From: Flavobacterium sp.
Lineage (GTDB): Bacteria > Bacteroidota > Bacteroidia > Flavobacteriales > Flavobacteriaceae
Direction: 5' to 3'
Length of the DNA stretch: 64,000 nucleotides
Assembly (NCBI RefSeq): GCF_032153895.1
Contig: NZ_JALDYN010000011.1
Location: 3,937 to 67,936, forward strand
The first letter of the stretch is position 1; each line of letters opens with the position of its first letter. This document shows positions 39,801-49,300 of this stretch, in pieces. The position numbers were made by a program, and so were the translations under genes. The notes below the pieces were generated by a model. It made no database searches. It saw only the letters and a list, made by a program, of their open reading frames with translations, and was not told the DNA's origin.

Positions 39801-40691
39801 TTACAATTTAACTTCGCCGTACATGCCAATTTTAAGCAATCCGTCGTTTTTCACTTTTATTTTAACAGCATAAACCAAATTAGCTCTCTCTTCTTTTGTT
39901 TGTATCGTTTTTGGTGTAAACTCGGCTTTGTCGCTAATCCATTCAATAATTCCTTCGTATTTTTTATAGCTATCGGCTTCAGAATCAACAAAAACAGTTA
40001 CTTTTTGCCCGATTTTAACTTTAGAAAATTGATTACCAGTTATGTAGGCTCTTAAGGTTATCGTCGATAAATCAGCTATTTTGTACAATGCTTTACCAGT
40101 TGATGTCATCTCGCTCTCTTCAGCAAATTTTGTAATAACGCTTCCATCCAATTCATTGATAATCTGTGATTTTTCGAGCTGGTCGTTGATTTGCTCAATT
40201 TGTGCCTTAATAGCTTCCGCCTCTTCACCTAAACTTGAAACAGAATTTCCTAAAGAAGTGTGTTGCGCAGCAATTTTCTTCTTAATGATATCTATCTGAC
40301 TACCGGCATCATCCAATTGCTTACGGGTTGCTGCATCCGCTTTTACCAAATTTGCAATACGGTTTTGCTCTCTTCTAGCATGCTTCAAATCTTCCTGTAA
40401 AGCAGCAGTTTCAGCGGCAATATTTGGTTTTCTACTTATAATTGCACTCATTTGTGCTTCCAATTGTTTTTTCTTTAGCGACAACTGAACGGTATCAATA
40501 TATCCTAATTTTTGACCTGCTTTAAGAACCTGTCCTTCTTCAATACTCAATTCTTTGATAAGGCCACTTGCCTGTGCTGATACAATGGTTTCTACAGCTT
40601 CAAATGTTCCTGTTGCATCGAATTCATTTTCGTTGTTACCACATGATAATAAGAACAGTGCTGCAATTACTATGATTAATTTAGTTTTCAT
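39801..40691 (-). CDS. HlyD-family membrane-fusion lipoprotein (YbhG-like)
   Basis: Lipobox LLSC; EFTPKTIQT...LVYAVK...LKIGM. Confidence 0.9.
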   Translation of the reverse strand: MKTKLIIVIAALFLLSCGNNENEFDATGTFEAVETIVSAQASGLIKELSIEEGQVLKAGQKLGYIDTVQLSLKKKQLEAQMSAIISRKPNIAAETAALQEDLKHARREQNRIANLVKADAATRKQLDDAGSQIDIIKKKIAAQHTSLGNSVSSLGEEAEAIKAQIEQINDQLEKSQIINELDGSVITKFAEESEMTSTGKALYKIADLSTITLRAYITGNQFSKVKIGQKVTVFVDSEADSYKKYEGIIEWISDKAEFTPKTIQTKEERANLVYAVKIKVKNDGLLKIGMYGEVKL

Positions 40692-40704
40692 ATTTCTTAA
40701 AGAA

Positions 40705-41958
40705 TTAGTTTCCAGTTATTGTTTTTTCTTTGTACAATGCCATGAGTAATTCTATTTCATGGGCTTTTTTGTTTTGCATTGCTTTGTTTTCTTCGTTTAC
40801 CTCCTGCAAGTAATCATTACTGTCAATGACACCATTTTCCAGTTGTGCTAATGAAGCTTTTTTAATACTGCTTCTTAACATTATTATCTTTGCATCTGTA
40901 TCAATGAACTCTTGTAACTTACTGATTTCGGCATTTTGTTGTTTGAGTTGCTGATTAGTATTGAAAAGAAATGTTTCTCGATCTGCGTTATTCATTTCTT
41001 TTTTGATATCTAAAATTGCTTTCTCTTTTTTCTTGGTAAACGACATCGACCAGTTTAGACGAATACCTCCGATAAAATAACTTTGCACACCTTCTTCAAA
41101 CATATTTAATCCCGGGTTTGACATTCCAGATTGAGCAAACAAACTTATTTTGGGAGTATCTCTTATACTGATTAATTTTTTATCGGCATCCAGCTTCTGA
41201 TTTTTATAATCGAATAATTGCAGTTCCGGGCGATTGATTGTTGCAACTGTTGATGTCGGAACTGGTTTTTCAAAAATGCTCTTTTCATTGATTTCAAAAC
41301 CTGTAAAAAGCGACAACATTTGAACAAAAGCAATTTTGCTGTTTTTGATTTCGATGGCTTGTAATTCTGCTTTTAACAGTTCTGCCTTCAGGATTTCAGC
41401 ACTGCTGCGAAATGCGGTACCATTAATAATTTGTGCTTCCACTGTTTTAAGCCCGATTTTAATATCGGTTTTCAACAATTCGTTTTGTGCTGCTTGTTCG
41501 TCTAAAAGCAGGATTCCAAAATATAAATTATTAACTCTGTCTTTTACCGCATACAATTCAACCTCAACAGATTGCAAATCAATTTTATTGATTGCCTGTT
41601 CAGTTTTTTTTCTGTTTTTGATAACACCTCCGTCAAAAATCAATTGGTTAACATCCGTATAAGCTTTGTATTGTGTTTGGCTTATCTCGGGCATATCAAC
41701 ACCCGGAATTGATACCGGAAATTTAGTTACATCAGATTGCCAAGACAATTGATTAACCCCCGAAAGCTGAGGAAGATATCCCTTAGAAATATTAGAAATC
41801 GAATACTCAAGGCTCTTTGAAATAAGTTCCTTCTTTTTCGTCGATGGATACTGCTCTATGGCAGCTTTTTGACATTCTTCTAAAGTTAGGATTCTCACTT
41901 CCTGAGCTTTAGAAAACGTTGTTAAAAACAACAACAGTAATACATAATTCATTTTCAT
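40705..41958 (-). CDS. TolC-family outer-membrane efflux protein
   Basis: Signal peptide, YLPQL, coiled coils, LENGVI; operon context. Confidence 0.88.
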   Translation of the reverse strand: MKMNYVLLLLFLTTFSKAQEVRILTLEECQKAAIEQYPSTKKKELISKSLEYSISNISKGYLPQLSGVNQLSWQSDVTKFPVSIPGVDMPEISQTQYKAYTDVNQLIFDGGVIKNRKKTEQAINKIDLQSVEVELYAVKDRVNNLYFGILLLDEQAAQNELLKTDIKIGLKTVEAQIINGTAFRSSAEILKAELLKAELQAIEIKNSKIAFVQMLSLFTGFEINEKSIFEKPVPTSTVATINRPELQLFDYKNQKLDADKKLISIRDTPKISLFAQSGMSNPGLNMFEEGVQSYFIGGIRLNWSMSFTKKKEKAILDIKKEMNNADRETFLFNTNQQLKQQNAEISKLQEFIDTDAKIIMLRSSIKKASLAQLENGVIDSNDYLQEVNEENKAMQNKKAHEIELLMALYKEKTITGN

Positions 41959-41973
41959 TTTTTTGTTTTTAAT

Positions 41974-42002
41974 TTAAAAATTTGTTTTAATCATTTGATT
42001 AA
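41974..42002. promoter_or_regulatory. Candidate TetR operator (tandem) upstream of tolC
   Basis: Palindrome TTAATCA-TT-TGATTAA (41987-42002) with an adjacent AAAAATTTGTT. Confidence 0.6.
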
Positions 42003-42021
42003 TTTATGGATAAAAAAATAG

Positions 42022-42615
42022 CTATTCTTTTTCCAGAAGAATTTTTACCCAATGTGGAATTAAAGTTCTCCTTTCATCCATCAGCACTTCAAAAGTTTCA
42101 TTAGTTGCCATTCCTGAAGCAAACATCATTGGTTTTGCCAAAAAAGGAAAAACCGTAAGACCAAGAACACTAATCATAAAATGAACTGGATTAACCTCTG
42201 GCTTTTTATCATACAATTGTTTTGCAAAGGATGAATTAACAATAGCATCGAGCTTGATTCTTCCGTCAAAAAGCTGAGGATTATTTTTCAACTCACTAAA
42301 TACAAAAATTGGCAAATCAGGATTCTCAAGGAGCATTTTTGTATACGTTTCAACAATGGCTTGTACTTTATCTTCTAGCGTTAAGCTTTCGTTTGTTAGA
42401 ACCGGAAAAAGAACACCAAAAATTTGTTGCACTTTTTCAAATATCACCTGATGAAACAACTTTTCTTTACTTCTAAAGTAATAATTCAACAAGGCTAAAT
42501 TAATTCCAGCTTCATCTGCAATATCTCTAGTCCTGGTAGCAGCATAACCTTTTTTCATAAACACAACTCTGGCCGCTTCTTTAATTCTCTCTTCAGTAGT
42601 TTCGTCTTTTTTCAA
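42022..42615 (-). CDS. TetR/AcrR-family regulator
   Basis: KGYAATRTRDIADEAGINLALLNYYFRSKE; TTG start; TATCTTTG box at 42639-42646 (-). Confidence 0.93.
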   Translation of the reverse strand: MKKDETTEERIKEAARVVFMKKGYAATRTRDIADEAGINLALLNYYFRSKEKLFHQVIFEKVQQIFGVLFPVLTNESLTLEDKVQAIVETYTKMLLENPDLPIFVFSELKNNPQLFDGRIKLDAIVNSSFAKQLYDKKPEVNPVHFMISVLGLTVFPFLAKPMMFASGMATNETFEVLMDERRTLIPHWVKILLEKE

Positions 42616-42660
42616 TTTTTAGGGCTTTAATTTCAGGACAAAGATATAACTTTTTTTGAT

Positions 42661-42703
42661 TTAAACAAATTTTTTAATCAAATGATTGATTTTTTTAACT
42701 TTG
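42661..42703. promoter_or_regulatory. Candidate TetR operator (tandem) overlapping the tetR -33 region, next to a divergent TAACTTTG box (42696-42703)
   Basis: TTAAACAAATTTTTTA plus TTAATCAAATGATTGA, matching the tolC-upstream site. Confidence 0.55.
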
Positions 42704-42869
42704 CTCCTAATCGACACTGATTCAAACCTATAGAATTAAACTTTAAAACTAGAAGAAAAAAATATAAAAGAAGATTCTAAGTATAATACTTAATTCCATT
42801 TAACCGCTCAATATCAAACAATAAGCTAACATATTATTCACTAACTTTATAAAACCTATTTGAAATACA

Positions 42870-45173
42870 ATGAATTTTAACGAATTTAAGCATAGCCCTT
42901 TTGAAATAAAGATTTCTTTCCACAAAGTATTAGAAACCTTAGAAGATATAGCTGCTTCCAATATTGATTATCGCTCGAATTATGCGAAAGCATTGATAGA
43001 AAAAACTTCGGAGATTTCCAATATAAGGAACGGTTTTGAGAATATGGATCAAATTAATGAGAATGAAACATTAATTCAACATTTGCTTGCAGATTTATTT
43101 CCAACAGCTCTAACTCATAATGAAATAAAAGCCGTTACTATTCCTTTTTTAAATATTACTTTCAATTATACTGAAAGATTTAAAAAAATATTGGCTGATG
43201 CTGGAAGTGAATTTGACATTTCCATCAGAGATTTCGACAAAGATCAGTTTTATGTAATGAATTGTTGTTTGATTCTCAACGCCCATTACAATCAAAAGTT
43301 TGATTTCAGCAAACCACTCTACTATGATATTCCTGATTCTGAAGGCATAACAAGACACTATCGCATTCTATACAATGCCGATTTTCTAGAAATTATACCA
43401 ACAGAAAAGTCCGTTACAATTACTCAAAAAGATATCGAAATTCTAATTGACAATTTTGAAAACGTAGAACTATGGAAAGAAAAATTTCCACCTCAAAGTT
43501 GGCTATTGAAAGGTTTTGGTATCGTTGTACTTTATGATGCAACTACAGAAAATGCAATTTCAAATCTTAAAACAGGCTTGAACAAACTTAATGATGAAGA
43601 AACAAAACCTAATATTGATAACTTTTCTAAAATATTTCAATCGATTTTTAGAATATCAAACATCAAGATTGGCTTTACCTCATTATTAGGAAAGGAAATC
43701 ATTCCGAATGAAAGACGAATTAATAGTTTCATTTTAGGCAATCGATCCGAAATTATGTGCAAAACCATATTGCCTGTAAGCATATACGACACTTTAATTA
43801 ATCAGCAGAAAAAAGTTGAAATTTCAAATGTAGAAAGATTAAAACAAAATATTGAATACCAAAGTTTTGCCAACCATCTGCTTGAGCAAAATATTCATAG
43901 TTGCATACTGGCTCCCGTTGTCAAAGAAAATAAGCTGTTTGGAATTTTAGAAATTGTTACCTCAAAAAAAAATGAACTAAATAGTCTTAATTCGAATAGA
44001 CTAGACATAATTATGCCTTTTATAGCCGATACAATTGATCGATACAATGCCAGTGTTTTGAATAAAATAGAAGCAATTATACAAAAAGAGTATACTAAAA
44101 TACATTCAAGCGTTTATTGGAAATTTCAAGACAATGTTTTAAACTATATCATTTCAAGCGATCATAAGTCGGATTACGAATTCAGTGATATTGTCTTTAA
44201 AGATGTTTATCCGCTTTACGGACAAATAGATATCAAAGAATCATCGGGTACCAGAAATTATGCTGTTCAGCATGACATTCAAAACCAATTGAACGATTTA
44301 ATTAATATTATTTCATTACTGCATCAAAAATCAAATCTGAAAATCCTGGAACAACGAAAATTCGAACTCGAATCCTATTTAAAGGAACTCCAAACCAATT
44401 TAAAAGCCGATACAGAGCAACAAATAAACCGTTACGTAGAAACAGAAATTCATCCAATTTTACAAAACGCAATAAATAGTGCTACTGGAAATTCAGAAAA
44501 CATCCAGGAGTATTTTGAAAAAATAGACGATACAACAGGTACTTACTACAACGAACGTAAAAAATTTGACGCCACACTTACCACTATTAATAAAAAACTT
44601 AGTGTGGTTTTGGATGACAAACAAAAAGAAGCACAAGCCATCTTTCCGCATTACTTTGAACGCTTTAATACCGATGGTGTTGAACACAATATGTACATTG
44701 GAAACTCCATTGCGCCACAATCCAACTTTAGTCTAACTTATTTGTACAACATGCGTTTGTGGCAACTTCAGGTACTTGCAGAAATGGAAAGGGAACACTA
44801 CGCTTTAAAAGATTCGCTTCCTTATCCGTTAGAAGTTACTTCACTGATTTTGGTTTTCAGTTCACCGATTACCATTCGTTTCCGTATGGATGAAAAGCGC
44901 TTTGATGTAGACGGTTCGTACAATGCTCGTTACGAAGTCGTTAAAAAACGAATAGATAAAGCCATGGAAAAAGGAACCCAAAAGCGCATAACTGAACAAG
45001 GCAAAATAACCATTGTATATTCTCATGCTGATGAAGAAAAAGAATACAAAAAATACATCGAATACCTTCAGTTTCAAAAAATTCTGGAACCAACAACTGA
45101 GTTTTTGGAAGTAGAAGATTTACAAGGTGTTTCCGGTTTAAAAGCTATCCGTGTAAAAGTAAAACTGAATTAA
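42870..45173 (+). CDS. GAF-domain protein with a C-terminal divergent class III nucleotidyl-cyclase-like domain
   Basis: GAF signature SCILAPVVKENKLFGILEIVT; GQIDIKESS, NTDGVE, RFDVDGSYNARYE, LQGVSGL line up with cyclase elements (by eye). Confidence 0.6.
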   Translation: MNFNEFKHSPFEIKISFHKVLETLEDIAASNIDYRSNYAKALIEKTSEISNIRNGFENMDQINENETLIQHLLADLFPTALTHNEIKAVTIPFLNITFNYTERFKKILADAGSEFDISIRDFDKDQFYVMNCCLILNAHYNQKFDFSKPLYYDIPDSEGITRHYRILYNADFLEIIPTEKSVTITQKDIEILIDNFENVELWKEKFPPQSWLLKGFGIVVLYDATTENAISNLKTGLNKLNDEETKPNIDNFSKIFQSIFRISNIKIGFTSLLGKEIIPNERRINSFILGNRSEIMCKTILPVSIYDTLINQQKKVEISNVERLKQNIEYQSFANHLLEQNIHSCILAPVVKENKLFGILEIVTSKKNELNSLNSNRLDIIMPFIADTIDRYNASVLNKIEAIIQKEYTKIHSSVYWKFQDNVLNYIISSDHKSDYEFSDIVFKDVYPLYGQIDIKESSGTRNYAVQHDIQNQLNDLINIISLLHQKSNLKILEQRKFELESYLKELQTNLKADTEQQINRYVETEIHPILQNAINSATGNSENIQEYFEKIDDTTGTYYNERKKFDATLTTINKKLSVVLDDKQKEAQAIFPHYFERFNTDGVEHNMYIGNSIAPQSNFSLTYLYNMRLWQLQVLAEMEREHYALKDSLPYPLEVTSLILVFSSPITIRFRMDEKRFDVDGSYNARYEVVKKRIDKAMEKGTQKRITEQGKITIVYSHADEEKEYKKYIEYLQFQKILEPTTEFLEVEDLQGVSGLKAIRVKVKLN

Positions 45174-46360
45174 TATCCAGACGTTTTAAAAGCCCAGACA
45201 AAAGCAAAAACCGATGCAATTAGTCCTATCATAAAAATAGTGTACGTCATTCGCAAAAGTTTGTATTTTCGGTTTAAAACCAAGCCGAGATAATACAAGT
45301 CTTTTATCATGGAATTGTACAAATAATCACGGTCTTTCATCAGTTCATTTACTGCCCATTCATATTCGGGCAACGGCATTTTGTAGAAATTCCCGAAGAA
45401 CAACAAATTCACTTTTTTGTCTTCAATGTCTTTTCGGGTAAATGTGCCACTGGTTACTTTTGGCCGTGTTGACATAATCGCAAAAATGATAGTTACAACA
45501 CTAGACATTAAAAGTATAAAAGTAGGAATTACCAAATGAGCATTTCCCGGACTATCCAGTTTCGGAATCAAGGTCGATAACGAAATCGAAATAATAATCG
45601 CATTTACCGAAAGTAATATATTGGCCTTGCTGTCTGCAATTTCACTCAAACGGGTGTGGTTGTTTAACGTAGTACGAAACATTGTATCGATACCGCGTTC
45701 CGGTCGTTCCAGCTTTTCCAGCTTCTTCTTATTGATTTTGGATTTTGAAAACTCTTTTTCGCCGCCGGAAAGTTTCTTGATTTGTTCGTGTACCAAAAAA
45801 ATGTTTCTGTCTTTTTGCTGCTGCCAATTGGCCTTAGCGTAATCTGTAAAATAGCGATGACAATTAACCAAAACGTGACGATTTTCGGTAGCCCATTCTA
45901 TATCGGTGTAGGTTTTATGCTGTATTAGCTGCCATTCATCTCGCAATAATTGACATATAGCCATATAATTTTCATTACCAAAATGCCAATAGTCAGCATC
46001 TTTTATGATTTTCTCCAATAAATTTTCCGGCTGATAATCTACTTTGGTAGCTTGAATTAATTTAGCCACCTTGTCAATAAATTCTTTATCTTTATTGTGA
46101 TTTTCAAGGAATCCGCGAACAATCGATATACTTTGTTCTTCATGATTTGAAAATCCTTTAATATAACCGGTATCGTGAAACCATGCTGCAAGAAGTACTA
46201 TTTCTAAATCTTCTGTTTTTACATTTTCATTCAAGGCAAGTAAATTAGCTGCCGAAACCACTTTTTGGGTATGGTTGAAGTTGTGATAAACGTAAGAATC
46301 CGAAAGCTGTTCTTTAAAAAGATTGAACACGAAATCTTCAGCAGTTTGCATGATATTCAT
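45170..46360 (-). CDS. HD phosphohydrolase fused to a Pycsar-effector (PycTM/DUF5706)-like membrane domain
   Basis: YHNFNH, AWFHDTG, KDAD; then ADSKANILL, TM pair, RP...LLFFGNF, RKYKLLR and a TM helix. Confidence 0.8.
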   Translation of the reverse strand: MNIMQTAEDFVFNLFKEQLSDSYVYHNFNHTQKVVSAANLLALNENVKTEDLEIVLLAAWFHDTGYIKGFSNHEEQSISIVRGFLENHNKDKEFIDKVAKLIQATKVDYQPENLLEKIIKDADYWHFGNENYMAICQLLRDEWQLIQHKTYTDIEWATENRHVLVNCHRYFTDYAKANWQQQKDRNIFLVHEQIKKLSGGEKEFSKSKINKKKLEKLERPERGIDTMFRTTLNNHTRLSEIADSKANILLSVNAIIISISLSTLIPKLDSPGNAHLVIPTFILLMSSVVTIIFAIMSTRPKVTSGTFTRKDIEDKKVNLLFFGNFYKMPLPEYEWAVNELMKDRDYLYNSMIKDLYYLGLVLNRKYKLLRMTYTIFMIGLIASVFAFVWAFKTSGY

Positions 46361-46386
46361 AAACGTATTTTTAATACCACTAATTT

Positions 46387-49300
46387 ATGAAATTGTTTTG
46401 TGTAATTAACGTAAAACAAATACGTAAGCCATTTACTTACGCATTAATACTCTTTTTTCTGCATTCTTGTGCAACATACAAACCAGATTTTGGTAAAAAA
46501 ACTGCTGCTACACTTTCCGAAAATCAATCGGATTCTATAAAAACATTACATACCTTTTATTTAATTGGTGATGCCGGAAATGCTGACGAACCTCAAACCC
46601 AAAACACTTTAGCACTTTTAGAAGAAAATTTGAAAAAAGCAGATAAAAATGCTACACTCCTATTTCTTGGCGACAACATTTATCCTTTAGGAATGCCGGC
46701 CAAAAAGAAAGATCCTGAACGGGAATTAGCGGAAATCAAATTGAAAAATCAGCTTAAAATTACTGAAAACTTTAAGGGTAAAACCATTTTTATTCCCGGA
46801 AATCACGATTGGTATCACGGTATCAAAGGCTTAAAAGAACAGGAAACTTTTGTAAATGATTACTTGAAAGCTAAAAAAGCGTTTTTGCCGCAAAACAGTT
46901 GTGCTTTAGAAAGTGTAAAAATCAATAATGATGTAACCCTGATTATCGTTGACAGTCAATGGTTTTTAGAAGATTGGGATAAAATTCCGCTAATTAACGA
47001 CGAGTGCGACATCAAAACCCGTGAAAAGTTTTTTGAAGAATTTGAAAGCCTCATCAACAAGAACCAAAATAAGGTTACGATTTTGGCAATTCATCATCCG
47101 TTAATGAGCAACGGACCACACGGCGGTCAGTTTTCGTGGGACAAACAAATTTATCCGTCAAAAGCCAAAATTCCAACGCCAGTTTTGGGTTCATTCATTA
47201 ATTTATTGCGAAAAACATCCGGAATCAGTCCTCAGGACATCCAAAACAAGCAATATTCTGCTTTTATCAACAGAATTTTGCCAATCATTCAGAACAATGA
47301 CAATATTGTGGTCGTTTCCGGACACGAACACAATTTACAATACATAGAAAAAGATGGTTTAAAACAAATTATCAGTGGTTCGGCATCCAAAAGAGAAGCG
47401 GCAAAAGCGATTTATCCAGTCAATTTTTCTTTTGGCGGTAACGGATATGCCGTCTTAAAAGTAAAGGAAAACAAAAGTACCGAAGTACAGTTCATCAGCA
47501 CCGAAAACAACACCGAAAAAGAACTTTTCTATCATCAGGTTTTAAAGCCGCATATTGCCAAAGATTCTATTTATCCGTATAAAGCGGACAAGACTTTTGC
47601 AGCATCGGTTTATCATCCTGAAATGACAAAAAAGAGCGGATTTTATCGCTTTTTGTGGGGCGAACATTATCGCAACTATTACGGTAAAGCTATTGAAGCT
47701 CCCGTTGTCTACCTCGACACCCTTTACGGTGGCTTAAAACCCTCAATCGAAGGCGGCGGTCATCAGTCGTTATCATTGCGCTTAAAAGATAAAAACGGAA
47801 AAGAATACGTAATGCGCGGTCTCAGAAAAAGCGCTACCCGATTTTTGCAAACCGTTGCGTTTAGAGACCAAAACATTGAAAACGAATTCAAAAACACGAC
47901 TGCAGAATCTTTTATTTACGATTATTACACTACAGCGCATCCGTTCACACCATTTATTATTGGTGAGTTAGCTGATAAAGCCGGAATTTATCATTCAAAT
48001 CCAAAACTGTTTTATGTTCCCAAACAAAATGCTTTAGGAAAATACAATGAAAATTTTGGCGACGAATTGTATATGATTGAAGAACGTCCTACCGATGAGC
48101 ACAAAGATCTTGCGAGTTTCGGTAAACCGGACGCCATTGTTGGCAGCGATGATGTTTTGGCAAATTTGCGCAAAGATGAAAAATACGAAGTTGATGAAAC
48201 TGCCTATATCAGAGCGCGATTATTCGACATGCTCATTGGCGATTGGGACCGACACATTGACCAATGGCGTTGGGCGGAATATAAAAAAGACGACAAAATT
48301 ATTTACAAGCCAATTCCTCGAGATCGCGACCAGGCTTTTGCTAAAATTGACGGTAACTTACTGGAATTAATTGCCAATGGAGCGCCTGCAACAAGGCACA
48401 TGAAATCGTTTAAAAAAGAGTTTGCCGATGTAAAATGGTTCAATTTTGCGGCAAATTCGCTTGATTTGGCGTTCATTAAAAATAATGATATTGAAACTTG
48501 GAAAGCTCAGGCTCAAGATATTGTGAAAAACTTAACGGATGATGCTATTGATTCGGCTTTTGCAAAACTTCCGAAAGAAATGAATACTGATGCGACAACT
48601 GCTAACATTGTTGCAACCTTAAAAGAAAGAAAAAAAGGATTAGAAGCCTATGCCGTAAAATACCATCATGTTCTTGAGAAAAAAATTCTGATTTTAGGAA
48701 CCGACAAAAAAGACAAATTCATAATAACCCGACTAAACAACGGAAAAACAAAAATCGAAGTACTGCGAATTATCAAGGGAGAAGAACAACTTCAGTTTTC
48801 CAAAATTTATGATAAAAAATACACTAAAAACATCTGGATTTATGGTCTTGATGAAGATGACGATTTTATCGTAAACGGTGATGGCGGTTCTCCTATTTTT
48901 ATCCGATTAATTGGTGGACAAAACAAAGACACTTACACCATCAACAACGGAAAAGGATTAAAAATTCATGATTTTAAATCGAAGCCGAATACTTTCAACT
49001 CCAACAAAAATGCAAGAGTTGCGCTTTCTGACGATTACGACATCAATGAATATTATTACAAACGCCCAACATTAGATGCAACGATGGTTTTACCTTCGAT
49101 CGGTTCCAATCCGGATGATGGTGTAAAATTAGGAGCTGCAATTACTTATACCAAATACGGGTTTATTAATGCTCCGTTTACCCGAAAACATACTTTTAAA
49201 GGCAATTACTATTTTGCCACCGAAGGTTTTGAACTCTTTTACAACGGCATTCTCACCAAAGCCATCAAAAATTGGAATTTTGAATTGGATGCGCAATACA

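Noticed and set aside
23730-42800. Prophage or integrative element
   Set aside because: No integrase, structural or conjugation genes, tRNA target or direct repeats; only a lone CI-type HTH gene.
42870-46360. Calling this a canonical Pycsar defence system
   Set aside because: The genes are convergent rather than operonic, carry extra GAF and HD domains, and the cyclase assignment is only by eye.
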